This document shows positions 1 through 13,900 of a stretch of DNA of 64,000 nucleotides, piece by piece. Under the pieces are notes generated by a model. That model searched no databases, was not told where the DNA came from, and saw only the letters and a program-made list of their open reading frames with translations. The first letter of the stretch is position 1; each line of letters begins with the position of its first letter. The stretch comes from Euprymna scolopes. Its lineage: Eukaryota. The DNA is taken from NCBI GenBank assembly GCA_053919585.1, contig CM132792.1; one strand, 5' to 3'. A program made the position numbers and the translations under genes.

Positions 1-2153
1 ACTTGTTTACATTAGGCTTGAAGACAACCATATTGTAGTCAGCCGGAAAGCAGGAAAACGGAAGACAATTCCACAGGTGTGCAGTTCTAAGAAAGAAGCT
101 TTGTTCATGGAATCTAGGTTTAGGCACAGATAAAGAGTGGGGGGAATTATTGATAGTGTTTTCAGCTAGACGAGTGTTTCTTGTGAAAGTTTGGCAAGGG
201 GGGACCATAGACTAAAGCTCAGTCGAACACTTTCCATGAAAATAACGATACATCAGAGACAAACTCGGAACATCTCTTCTGTGAGATAGAGGTTGCAGGG
301 AAGAGAAAAGGACATCTCCTACGAGGCTACGAAGTCTATTTTGAACTCTATCAAGGCAGAAGTCCTTTCTAGCAGTTCCTGCCCAGATGTGGCAACAGTA
401 TTGCATCCTTGGACATACCTGGCTCTTATATAGATAGAGAATTGCATCAGCAGTGAGATATCTACTGGATCGATAGAAAGATCCCACCATTTTTTCCAGC
501 GGCCTTGGCAACAGATTTGATGCACCTGTTCCATTTAAGATCAGGAGTAACGGTCCAGCCCAGAAGCTTGTCAAAACTTGAGGCCTCCTGAAGATGCGAG
601 CCATTCATTTCAATTGATGCCAGATGGGGTTCAGAATGTTGATGATGTAAAGAGAGAAGCTTGGTTTTAGATGCATTAAAAGTAACCAGCCACTCCTTTC
701 CCCATTGTACAACGTGCTCAAGATCAGAGAAGAGAGAATCAGAGAGAACTTGGTCGTTTACTGTCTTAGATGTGCTACCATAAATGGTAATGTCATCAGC
801 ATAAATGTCTACAAATGATGTAAGGATGTGATTTGGAAGATCATTAATGTAGATCAGGAAAAGAGTTGGGCCCAGGATGGACCCCTGAGGGACTCCAGCA
901 TTAATACTGTGAGCTTCTGATTTTTTCCCCTCAACTACTACTCTTATGAATCTATCAGAAAGAAATGATTTAATAATTGAGAAGACATATATCATAGCTA
1001 GAGATCTTGTGAAGTAAACCTTTATGCCATACCCTATCAAAGGCCTTAGATATGTCAAGAGAAATTGCCCTAGAAATGTTGCCTCCATCGAGACATTTGC
1101 TAATCCTATGAGATATAACTGTAAGCACATCTGCTGTAGATCTAGCAGAACGGAAACCATATTGAGTGTCACTAAGAAGGTTATTTTTGTTGAGATGGTT
1201 GATTACTTCTATATTTAACACAGATTCCAGCAACTTACTCATGACGCACAGAGGAGACTTATTGGCATATACTGAGACAGGGCATACTGATGAGATTTTC
1301 CAGGGTGATGGAAACTATTTTCCTTAAGACAATGTTTAAACAGTTTTGTAAGTATGGGCGCTAGTTCAGGTTGAAGTTTTTTGAGTACTATAATTGGAAT
1401 ACCGCCAGGACCAGTTGCTTTACCGGAATCAAGGTTTTTGATTAGCTTGGCAACATCACGTACAGATATATGTATATCACATAGCGTGTTTTCTGATACA
1501 GGAGGAAATATTGGGGGTTGGCGGCCTTGGTCGCAAAGGGTAGAATTAGCTGCAAAGTTCTTGGCAAAGAGTTTGGCTTTGTCTGATGCTGATGAGATTA
1601 CCTCAGGGCCATCGATGATAGTTGGGATAGAGCACACGCTTCTGTTCAGGATTCTGTTTGTTATTTGCCAAAACATGGTGGGAACCAAGCCGCTGCTCAG
1701 CTACTTTGGACTTGACGGACTGAGCATACAACTCTCTTGCATTCTTTATTATTTTCTTACAATGGTTGCTGGCAGTCCTGAAAGCGGCTTTAGTTTCCAT
1801 ACATCTATTACGTTGGAAGCAGTGGAAAAAGTGATTTCTGTGCGCAATAACAGCAGCACATTCTGGAGAGAACCATGGCTGGCTGTTAGGTTTTTGCTGG
1901 AACTTTTTTGAGGGTATGAAATGGTCTATACCTACAATTAACCATTCCGTCAGGTTTGATACTATAGAGGATACATCCTTTTTAAATATGGAACGCAGAG
2001 GTAGATCCGATATAAATGTACGGAAGCTATCCCAATCAGCCTTAGTGTATCGATATACTGTACGATGGAGAGGTACGTCTGGGGACTTATTACATTTCAT
2101 TTTTATCTTAATTGATACAACAGAGTGGTCGGAAGATCCAAGAGGAGAATTTT
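1..2153 (-). mobile_element. CR1-group LINE, 5'-truncated, frameshifted ORF2 (end of APE endonuclease + RT + C-terminus); runs off window start
   Basis: Minus-strand ORF pieces with [51 protein letters not shown] and [12 protein letters not shown], split by frameshifts. Confidence 0.92.
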
Positions 2154-2323
2154 AAATTCTCTTAATGAAATACACTAGTTTTCAATTGATATATTTTAAT
2201 ACTTCTTTATCGACTGAATTTTTTTTTTTTAAATATCTAAAAAAAGAAATCATTGAATGAAATAGAAAAAATTGCCGTCAGCGTCCGGTATTTACTTGAC
2301 GATATAAGCATAACATGAGCTTT

Positions 2324-2356
<33 letters not shown>

Positions 2357-3344
2357 AACGTGGTTTAAAAAAAAAAGGTTTTACACTTTGGACTTTACAG
2401 GTAAATTAAAAAAAAAAACAATTCTTTTTTTTTGTTTTAAATTAGAATATTTTCTTTATTTGATCTTTTGTCTTCAATTTGTGATATATAAAACTTTGGT
2501 ACATAAATTAATTATTAAAATTTTAATAGACATTTCAAAATGGGGGTAGGTGAATAAAAAAAACAACCTTTGTCTAAAATATTATATTTAGTTTATTGGA
2601 AAGAGCATAAAATTTCATATTGACCCTGAAAATATCGTAAAAATTGAACCAATAGAAAAATTTTGATAGATTTTTAAGGTTTAAAAAGTGAAAAATATTT
2701 AACTCGTAAAATTCAATTCATTTCATTACGTAAAAAAAAAAAAAAAATGGCTGCATGACGGCGCGCCGGCATTTTGTAAAAACTGTTTTTTTTTAAATAA
2801 AAAAATAATATTTCTATTATTTTTTAAACAACTTTAATAGTTTATTTTGGAAGTATATTCCATACATAAAATAAACAACCCATTTTAAAAAGAGAAATTA
2901 CGAGTTCTTCTTATATTTTATTCGCACTTTTCTGTTAGGGGTGTCAAAAATTCCTCCAAATTTTTTATACACGACGCGCCGGCCAGTCGGCCACCTTGCT
3001 TATTTCGCGAACGAGGAGGTAATGCCTTTAAACGAAAAAGCGGTTAACAAAGGACAAAATGAAAAAGGGATTGAAGAAGAGCTTAGAACTTCTGTAAAAT
3101 AAGTGGGGGGGGGGGGGGAGGGGAAGAAAATTATCTACGTATTTTTTCTACCCAGGTTTCAAAATAATCTCGTCAAATTTTAACAAACTTTAAGCTATGA
3201 TGGAGTTATCTCCCATGGCGTCCTCCGCCTCATTCACGAAATAAACAAGATTGCCGCGACACGATCGATCTCATTGAACTTCGAATTTTCTCTATGAAAG
3301 AAACAAACTACTTGATTAAATTAAGTGAGTTTTTCTATGAAAAC

Positions 3345-3744
3345 TTTGGGTATTTTTTAGATTAGGTCCACCTCCACAATTTTCTTTTAAATGACAACTT
3401 TTACAGGTTTCGACTATGCTGAATACGAAAATTGAATTGAAATTTGGCAGAAATAATTAGTTACCGAGATATAAAAAGTTGTATTATGCATTGTATTTTT
3501 TGGCGGCCATCTTTTTTTACGCGCGTGCAGTGTCAGTCATAGATGAGTAGATTTGTTTATGGCGCGCGCACGTAAAAATGGCTGACAAAGAATGCAATGC
3601 ATAATACAACTTTTTATATCTCGATAACTACTTATTTCTGCAAAATTTCAATGCTATTTACATATTCAGCATAGTCGAAAACCTTTAAAAGTAGTCATTT
3701 AAAAGAAAATTGTTGAGGTGGACCTAATCTGAAAATTTACCAAA
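3345..3744. mobile_element. Fold-back MITE (about 400 bp), arms related to the TIRs of 61418-63453
   Basis: Left arm (AGATTAGGTCCACCTC...TTCGACTATGCTGAATA) is the reverse complement of the right arm (TATTCAGCATAGTCGAA...GAGGTGGACCTAATCT). Confidence 0.85.
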
Positions 3745-4013
3745 CTTTGTTCCATATACGTACAAACAATATAACTTTTTTCAATATTTTCATTTTTTAA
3801 TGTCTTGATTAAACTGTACAAGTACCGAAATGGATCCCTCCTCACCACGTTTAAAAAATCGACCTAATGTCTAACTCTGCTCCTGATAAGTAAATAGACA
3901 TTCTAAATAATTTACGTGACTGAAATAGGAAATAACAAAAATCATCCCGCTTTCAAATTTTTATTTAATAATAAAAAATGAAATAGAAATATTAAAAACA
4001 ACATCTACATATT

Positions 4014-4051
4014 GGCCTTTTGGTCAAGATGAAAGTGTAGTATCTGTTCTT
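4014..4051 (+). pseudogene. U2 snRNA 5' fragment (truncated pseudogene)
   Basis: GGCCTTTTGGTCAAGATGAAAGTGTAGTATCTGTTCTT matches the U2 5' region including the branch-point pairing motif GTAGTA; no Sm site or 3' stems follow. Confidence 0.75.
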
Positions 4052-5149
4052 CATTGCTGCGGCGCTGCGCTGCTTGCACTTCCATTTCTTGTTCTCTTTC
4101 GGCGGAGGAGAAATCCTTCACGACTGAGACAATTTTTATTTTTGTACCTTTTCTCCACGTTAAAAAAACGACCCTGGTGTCTAACTCTGTCTAGTGGGGA
4201 GGCATAGTAAATAGGTACATATCAAGAAATCGAAATGTTCTAAGTTAATAAAAGAGAGGTGGGAGGGGGTATTCCAGAAAGATGGATAAGTAATTTCTAT
4301 AAATAGTAGGGTGACGCCCGGACGCCGTCCCATGAGGATGATGACTAACTTATTTCCTGTATCACACCCCCCGGTCCTCCTCGGCTAATAACCTCTTCCT
4401 TACTAATAATTTTTCATTTGTTATGTCCGCACGCATTTTAACGATTTCGATGGAAAGTAATTATAAAAAGTTTTTAAAAATTATCCGTTAAAAAATAATT
4501 TCAAGTGTTCTTTTAAAATTAATCAATAATCGGGATTTATATTTTAATAAATTAATTGATGACTTAGTTTTCATAAAACTACTGAAGCCGTTTAACTAAA
4601 TGTCATTCATTCTTACTAATTTGAACCGAAATGTTTTTTTTTTTTTTTTTTTTAAAATTTTATAACGCTAACCTAAGTTTAGTTCGGCAAGAGTCGGTTT
4701 AAAATTACTCCAATTAAAAATGGCATAAAATCCAAATTTTAAGTGAAACTTTGAAACCAATGTATCTAAATTTGATTAATTTTTGGATAAAAAACAAAAA
4801 CAAATTTGTAAGTTAACAGCCGCCAGTGTTTTTTTTTTTTTTTTGTACAGCGAGAAGAAGAAAAACTGCAATAGTGAATGAATGAAAAATTTAATTTATA
4901 CATGATACTTTGCAGATTAAGAACAAAACAAAACAAACATTTTTACTTTGCTGTATGAGAGGTATCAACTACTGCAAATGTTGTTTACAGTTACATTTTA
5001 AGTTTTTACTGGCAAACTAAGTTTACAAACAATATTTAGTTAAGAAAAATTTAACTCCTAAATTATTTTATCTATAAGTTGTTAAAATATGTTGTAAATC
5101 TATTAATAGAAAATATGAAAAGTCTTTAAAATTAAACACATTTTTTAAT

Positions 5150-5545
5150 ACCACGTGGTAGGAATTCAATCCGAAAAAGAATTTTAGTTTGAATCATCGT
5201 GTTGTTTGTGATTAGTCAAAAATAGTCACGTGATTTTAACGGCCCGCCAAAACACAAGTTTTGCACTGCAAGCCACTGATGTTTTCATAGTGACGTTTCG
5301 TTTTCTTTTATTTGAAATTTTAATATCACCGATTATTTTACGATTTTTTATTAGTATACGTGCGTTTATTATACTTGCATGACGCAAGAGAAGTGGAATC
5401 GGTTTTAAGAACGCCTACAAAAACGACAAAAAAAAAACAAAACAAAAAAAAAAACTAAACATTTCTTACATCTCAGTGGAATGGAAGCGGAGATCCACGT
5501 GTTTTCCTCCTCGGATTAACGAATGACTAACGTGTGACGTATCTT
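5150..5545 (+). promoter_or_regulatory. Putative wee1 proximal promoter: 3 E-boxes, E2F-like site, CRE half-sites
   Basis: CACGTG at 5152, 5227 and 5496; CCCGCCAAAA (rc TTTTGGCGGG) at 5243-5252; TGACG at 5291, 5380 and 5536; 250-650 bp upstream of the ATG. Confidence 0.55.
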
Positions 5546-5795
5546 TCTCGGCAAGTACCAAATCTCAATTTAATAAACGTAAAAAAAAAAAAAAAAAGTT
5601 TAGTTTGTCAAAATTTACTAATGCAACATATCAGTTACAAATCGATACACTTGTCTTTTTCGCACGAATTTCGTTGACATTCTAAAGGTTTGATCTCTTT
5701 TTAAAAAATAAATTTAAAAAAAACACATTTGTCACCGTAAACAAGTATATTTTTCTCAACATTTTTGTTTTTGTTGTTAATCTTATTTGTTCAAA

Positions 5796-6760
5796 ATGCC
5801 ACAAACTAGGAAAACTGTTAACCATTCCTCGCCTTCCCGGCGCTGGTCCAAACTCTCTGGACGATGCCTTCGCACAACACTGGATTTTAACAGTAGCGGA
5901 AGCGCCGAAGAAGTGATGGATGACGATTACTACGAGGAAACCGGTGATAATTCCAGTATTATTATGATGCTGGATGAAGGAGCAAATCCTCCAAAACCAA
6001 TGGTTAACGCCTCCCCTAACAATAACACACATACTAATTCATGTTCGTTCATTCGGAGGGTGTCTTTAGATGTGTGTAACGATTCCGCTATCGTAGCGGA
6101 TTTTCACGACGATGATGAAGATCTCAACGATATTATTGCACGAGAATTCTGTACCCCTAGATCGCCCAAACCGGGCAATATTTATCCCCCAAGTCATAGC
6201 CCATGTCGTTGGAAGCGTAGAGTAAACACAACCGGAGGCCGACTAGGTAAGACAATGACTGCAACATTCGGTAGTCCAATACCTTTTCACCCTGATATTG
6301 AATTAGCAGCCGTGGTCGATTTCGACAACTCAACCAATCGGGTTAATACTAAAAAAACTCAAAAGATCAAGTCAATCATTAAAAGACAGAATTCGACCCG
6401 GCACCAGACAAACTTAAACGATTCTACCGGCAACGACGATGAGATGGCCGAAGATTGTTCACCCCGTAGCCACAAGAAACTCCCGGGACGTTTCCTGGAT
6501 AAGTTATCCTGTCCTTCTCCACCCCATCGAAGACTTCATGCCCTACGGCTCTTTGATACACCCCACACGCCACAAACGTTGTTGCTCAATGTCGGCAACA
6601 ATAATAATGACCCTCATTCCCCTTCGAATAGAGAAACGAGAAGATACACAACCGGATTAAAACGAACCAAAAAGGCAGAACCACGTTTGGAAGCCAACGT
6701 AAATCCATTTGCTACAGCCGGTATATCTGGCGAAAAAAGACCCCGAACCCAAAGTCAGAG
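5796..6760 (+). CDS. wee1: wee1 exon 1, N-terminal regulatory domain
   Basis: ATG at 5796; SP/TP-rich; [22 protein letters not shown] (Wee-box/RxL region) and NVNPF; donor AG|GTAATA, phase 2. Confidence 0.92.
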
Positions 6761-7878
6761 GTAATATAACTTTTTTTCTCGATAAAATTAATTTTTCATT
6801 CAATTTTAGTGAAGGGTTGTATTACTGTACACATAGATTCGAAAAAGTTGTCAAAAAACAAATATATAACAAATATGTTATCAAAAGCAAGATAAGTTAC
6901 TTTTCTACCAAACTGGATATATTTTTTTGTGTTTTTATTCGATGTAACATGTTTATTCAGCTCGAAAAACACAGTGTTTACCGATGTATTGGAAAATTCA
7001 AAATGGCACCTGACTCTCTCTTTAACATTGTAAGTTTCGGAAAAGGTGTTATAATAAACTAGACAAAATACTATTTAAAAACCACCGAATATATGTCAAG
7101 TTATGTCACAGTAACAATTGAGCGAATTTCTAACAGTATTTTGTCTAGTTTATTATTTATAACACCTTTTCTCGAACTTACCTTGTTAAAGAGAGAGTCG
7201 GGCACCATTTTGAATTTTCCAATACATCGGTTAACATTGTATGCTTTTCGAGCTGAATAAACATGTTACATTGAATAAAATCACGAAAATTATATCCAGT
7301 TTGGTAGAAAAGTAACATCTTGCCTTTGATAACATCTATTTGTTATATATTTGTTTGACAACTTTTTCGAATCTGTTTACAGTAATACAAACCCGGGATT
7401 ATTATTGTTATTTTAATATTAAAGTTTGTCACTTTGAATAATTTATATTTCTGTCACGGGGTTTTTGGCATAGTTTTGACATTACTTCCAAAACAAATCA
7501 CGTTTGGAATTATTATAGAATCACTCCCATCTTCAATTTAGTGGTTTTGGGGTTTATCGAATGCTCCGAGAACGCTTTTGGAATTAACTCTAACCCAAGT
7601 TGGAGACTGGTGATTCTTTAAAAAAAAAAAAAAAAAAAAAATCAGGCATATTTTATTTATTTATTTTACTATAAGCAAAACGAAAATGTGGTTAAAAGCA
7701 AGGGTAAATTTTTACTTGGCTTCCACCTTAGCATTTCAAACTTTCCTTTTCAGATTTTTTTTTTTTCGGTTTTCATGTTTCGTTTGTACTACTGATCTCG
7801 AGATGTATTTCGGTGTTTATCGCCGCAGGTGCTTGCACCAATTTTGGGTTTGTATTACTATACACTGATTCGAAAAAG

Positions 7879-7915
<37 letters not shown>

Positions 7916-10900
7916 ATCAAAGGCAAGATAAGTTACTTTTCTACATAACTGCATATGTGTTTAGTGTTTTTTTATTTAATGTAACATGTTTATTCAGCTC
8001 GAAAAACATAGTGTTTACCGATGTATTGGAAAATTTAAAATGGCGCCGGCCCGCCGGCGCCGGACTCTGCTGAACACTGGAATTTTGGGAAAATGAGTTA
8101 AAAATATACAAAATACGGTTAAAAACTCGCTCAATATGTTACTATGACAGTTTGATATTGTAGAGGTTTAACAGTATTTTGTATAGTTTTTTATTTTTAA
8201 CTAATTTTCCCAAGTGTTCAACAGCCCGGCGCCGGCGCCATTTTAAATTTAAACACTGTTTTTCGAGCTAAATAAACATGTTACATTAAATAAACATTCC
8301 AAAAAATTATCCAGTTAGATAGAAAAGTAACTGACAACTTTTTCGAATCTGTGTATAATAACACAAACTCTAACTATAATCTCCAGTCCAAAAAAAAAAA
8401 AAAAATATCGGTACTCATGCAGAGTAATCCGTGCTGAAATAATAACGCTATTTAAAAAGCCATTCTTAACATGGGGAGAGGAGGGTGTTTTGTATTTATT
8501 CTGTACAATTGAATAAAAACATACAAAACTTTAATTAAACGTGGAAATACGATTTAAAAAAAAAAATAGCGCGGATCACTCTCTGCATTCGCACCAAAAT
8601 ATCCAGCCCCCCCCATAAAATAAATTAATAATAAATATATAATAATAAATATATAAATTAATAAATATTTCATCTAATAGTTTCCAAAAATGTCAACTCC
8701 GTTTTTTGTTTTTCAATATTTCTGAATTCATCAAATCGAGTAATAAAATATTCAGTACTCCTACAGAATTTGAACCGAACCCAACTTTTGCCAAACTGAA
8801 TTTAAAAACTTTAGAATTAAAAAAAAAAAAAAAAAAAAAAGTTCTGTTTAAATTCTAAGCACTGGATTCTACTTGATCTAACAATTCGAACAAAATATTA
8901 CTCAAGTATTAACAAAATCTATTATTTTTTAAATCTACATTGACAATTTCTGGATCGAGGTAAAATATTAAATGTCTAAACATTTTGGAAGTTTCAGTTA
9001 AAATTGCCTCTTATCCATCTTTTTTTTCTCTATTAATTTTTATTGCTTTTTCTAAATTACTTTCAAATGTCGAAGTCTAACTTGAGTCGGACGTTTAAAA
9101 AAAAAAAAAAAATCAGGTCACTAACCTGGAAACATTCAAAATATTTTTGATAGACTTTATACGCTGCTTATGCAGAGAAGTTATCGTGCTATTTTTCTTT
9201 AATTGTATTTTCAAGTTAAATCATATCATTTTAGGGCAGGTGTGTGTGCGTGTAAAATATTAAACAGTTCTTCTGCTCGGTTAATGTCGGCGCGTTACTT
9301 ACGTTAAAACAGTTAAAGTGCAAAGGACCTGTTAAAAAAACTGGTACTAGTGCAGAGTCAGAGAGTGATCCGTGCTGAAATAATGACGTTATGATTTAAA
9401 AATCCATTCTTAACATGAGGAGGGGAGGGTGTTTTGTACCTATTCTATACTTCAAACTTACAATTGAATAAAAAAAAAACTTTAAACTTGAAAATACGAT
9501 TTAAAAAAATAGCGCGGATCACTCTCTGCACTAGCACCAAAAAACTATACAAGTTGTATAATTGAATATACCCCTCCAAAAAAAAAAAAAAAAGAACGAA
9601 AAACAAACCTGCAGCCCCCCCCCAAAAAAAAGGTGACCATAAAGTGAGTGCATTTCTTCATATCTTGGAAACTTGTTTCCTGGAATTTTAAACGTTAGTG
9701 GTAGTTTTAAAGGATTTTCCGAGGGTGAAAAGAAATACCGAAAAAATCGTGGCCACAAAGTGGGTGCTCATTTTACCTTAAATTATTATAGAAAAGTGAT
9801 CCCCCACTTCTTAAAACTAACATTTCATATCTTGGAAACTACTCATTTGCCGTAACTTTAAACGTTATTTTCGTTTTCAGTTACCCCGAAAACCGAAGTG
9901 GTAATTTTAAAGGAATTTTCGAGGGTTGAGTAATTCATTTTTTCTTTTTTTTTTTTTAAGGTAAAACTAGATATTGAATATTTAAATCGCATTCTTAAAG
10001 TTAACGGTTTTGAATTTAAGGAATTAGAATATCACTTCGCCAGGCACGGTACTGACTGCGCTCTGCGGATCGTTTTAGTTTAATTTCAAAAACGAACTCC
10101 TTGACTTTTTTTTTTTTTTTTTGGTAATGTCGCTAAATAGGGGTTGCGGGTTATATGAAAAAAAAAAAAAAAAATAAGACATGAAAAATGTTTCTTAGAT
10201 TATATCCTAAAGATGGGGTCCATAAATCCAGAAAGGTGGGTCTGTAACCGGTGTCTAGGGAAAACCTAACCCCTTAGAATAAAGTGCCGAACAACAGAAA
10301 AACGGCAAGATAAGTTAAAACAAAAAGTAATTCAAGAATTAAAGAAACAGCATAAGAATTTTCGAGTATTTATTACTATAGACAACAGATTAAAAAAAAA
10401 ATTAAACAGTTCAAAGAATTAAAAATATTTTTCTTGTGCTTATGCATTTTTGTTACCGCGTTATTTTATTTTTTAATTTTTTTTTTAATATAATTTTCAA
10501 GTTAAAATTCGACTTAAACAGCCCAAAGAATTAGAATTAAAAAAAAAAAAAAAAAAAAAAAATTAAACAGTTCAAGGAATTAGAATTTTTAAATTCAACA
10601 TTCAAACTATTATAATTTTAAAAAATGTAATTCTCCCTTAAGAACGTTTTCGCTTCGTTATAGCTACTCTAAAATTTGCTCGTACTGTTTATATTCATGT
10701 TGAAAATGTTGCTGGGTTTATTCTAAGGGGGTTAGGGTTTCTCACAACACCGGTTACAGATCCACCTTTCCTCGAACCCAGAACGTGGCTGGATTTACGG
10801 ACCCCGTTTTTGGGATATAATCTGCAATTTAATCTGCAAAAAAAAAAAAAAAACCCAGAAAACAGATACAGTGCATTAATTTGCCTTTCATAGCTTTGCA

Positions 10901-13900
10901 AATTAGACAAAACTAGTTTAACATTTTACGGCTATTTTGAGAGCCAACCCATTGAAGGCTTCATTGAAGGCTTCAATGTAACTAGTAAAACAAGTTTCCA
11001 TCTAAATGAATGAATGCAAAAGTTTTTGTTGTCCCCCCCCCCATCTGATTTGAGGTACTAGTGCAGTGATTCAACATAAAATTTTGAGGTACTAGTGCAG
11101 TGCCACGGATCAATAAGTGCACCACTGCACCACTGGTGCACTTATTGATCTGTGCTGAAATAATGTTATTTAAAAAGCCATTCTTAACACGGGGAGGGTG
11201 TTTTGTAACTATTCTATAATTTAACCTTACAATTGAATAAAAAGACATAAAACTTTAATTAAACTTGGAAATACGATTTAAAAAATAGCGCGGATCAGTA
11301 AGTGCACTAACACCAATTTGGAAATAGCGTCCCTTATGATATATCTGCAAACGGAAACGGCCATGAACAGCTTTAATTATTTCTAATTTGCATTTTTATT
11401 TTGAAAACCGTTCCTAATCTCGTTTTTATCAACATTTATATAGGGGAAAGTGGTCATAACGGAATTGCCCAGGATCATGGTGTTTTAGTAGGCGTTGCCC
11501 GGTAGCAATAAATCATTCATTATAAATGTAAGATTTCATGGCAGAATACGGATCGTGCTGAAATAACCGTTTTTTAAAAAGTCATTCTTAACATGAGGCT
11601 AGGATGTTTACTGTTTTATAACTAACAATTTAATAAGATGTCGTAAAAATTGAATTTAACTTGAAAATCTAAAAAAAAAAAAATTAAAAAAGGAAAAAAA
11701 GCACGGTCCGTATTCTCCAAAAGTACCCATATTAATATATTTGAAATTAAAATCTTCAGTAAATTTTCAAGTTTTTGAAGACAATTAGCGAAAATTGAGT
11801 TTATAGTTATCTCCCCTAGATAAAACCCGTCATTCAAACTAACGTCTTTTTTTTTTTGGGGGGGGGGGGTCTCTACTTTGATTCTCATATCATTCTCTCG
11901 TTCTATCCAGGTATTTAACTACTCCATTTTGTTATGAGTGGAAATATTTTCCGTTTTATTATCCTCTCGGTTATTACCTCTTTTTTTGGTTAGTGTTTCC
12001 TGTTTCGTTCATCCGTGCTGAAATAACGTTATTAACGTGGAGAGGGTGTTGAAAAAAATATATATCGGAAAAATTAAATTTAAATACATAACCATCTTAT
12101 TTTATTTGTTTTGAGAGAATGGAGATTGGAGATACTGTTGAAAAAGAAGAAAAAAAAAGGTGGCCTCTACTTCGGATTGTCGTTCAAATCATAGGTACAT
12201 TAAAAAAATTATTCACGCCGATATTTGTTACAAAAAGATTGTTATAAAATGCCTTCAAGGTGATTGTTGAAAGTGTCACGTCTGTCCACGTTCCAACAGT
12301 TCGTCAAGTTAAGTGACATTTGTTTTGAAAACAAAACTTTTCTTACTTTACAAGATAGCACTTATGAATTGACACGCGTTTCGTACTGACCTTTTTATTA
12401 TCTTCAGTTTTCACTTTGTACAAACTAACAATTGGACTTGCCTATAATCAAACTTTTTCTGATTTTTTAAATTTCTGAGGGAGGCTGCTGACAACAATTT
12501 ATATATATTAATAGGATAGTGTGTCTGTGTTATTTATTTTGTGTGTCACGCTTACATCTGAGTGACTGTCGTTTGTTATGGACTTCCATTTCTTATAATA
12601 AATAATTTTACCAAGAAGTCGTACCAAATCTTAGTTTCGGTTTCGATTATGACTGATGGCACTCTAGTAATTTTTTTTTTTTTTTGTACTTAGTGCACTT
12701 ATTGATCCGTGCTTAAATAATGTCATTATTTAAAAAGCCATTCTTAATAACATGGGGAGGGTGTTCTATACTTTAACCTTACAATTGAATAATAAAAAAA
12801 AATAAACTTTAATTAAACTTGGAAATACGATTTAAAAAATAGCGCGGATCAGTAAGTGCACTAGCACCCCCCTTTTTTTTCTTTTAATAAATAATTTTAT
12901 AAAGAATTCTTCAAAAGTTTTAATTCCGATCCAAGCTGATTTTTTTTATTACATTTTCACCCCAAACAAGGCAAATTGCCACTTTGGTGTAGGGGGCTAC
13001 TATCAGGGGCAACAACTACTGGGGTACTATGTAGGGATTTGGGCAGCAAGATGTCGGTTCACGTTACACTTGAACTTCTGCACGTCAGTACTGTTGGGGA
13101 AGCAGGGACCTGGAATGGAATTCCAGAGTCTAGCGGTTCTGGGGAAGAAACTATTGGAGTAAAAAGATCTTTTACATCTAGGGATCTCTACAGTGTGGGG
13201 GTGGGATTTAGCAGCCTGTCGGGTTTGTCAAGAGTGCTCACGTCGTGCGGGCACAAGTGATTGCAGTTCGTCAGAGCATTCACCACTAAAATACTTGTAG
13301 AAAAGGCAGAGGGATGCAACATTTCGTCGATGGGACAGAGGCTGAAGCTTAGATGCCAGTTCAGGGCCTATCAGGTTTGCGACTCTCTTTTGAACCTTGT
13401 CAAGCAGCGAGAGACTAGTAGCCGATGCACCAGCCCAGATGTGGCAGCAATACGCCATACATGGGCGAATGGTGGCCTTATAGAGGTACATGATACTTTC
13501 GGGTGTTAGTAGTTATCTAGCACGATAGAGAGAGCCCACCTTTCTTGCAGTGGCATTGGCAATGCCTTCAATGTAATTGTTCCAACTCATGTTTCCTGTG
13601 AACGTTAGGCCAAAGAGTTTGAAAGATTTTCCGATTTTTTTTAAATCGCAACTTTATAATATACTAGCGGGGGTACACGGCGTTGCCCGGGTGTTTGGAG
13701 GTGTGTATGTAGGAGAGTGTGACCCTGTTTTAATTTTAAAAGTTTTAATATAAAAAAAAAACACTGTTAAAAAAAAAATTTGGAAAAAAGAAAAAAAAAA
13801 AAGGTGTAAAAGAGGAAAAAAAGTTTAGGTGAGAAGACGGCTTAAACCCGAAGCATCGAGGCTAAGGCGAAAAAAAGCCTGACACGTTACCCCTACGCCA

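Noticed and set aside
1381-2155. + strand ORFs of 176 and 79 aa
   Set aside because: Antisense shadows of the LINE ORF2
4305-4400. GC-rich patch with ATGATGA (C-box-like), possible snoRNA
   Set aside because: No D box or terminal stem at a suitable distance
5682-6032. 116-aa minus-strand ORF
   Set aside because: Antisense shadow of wee1 exon 1 with no recognisable motif
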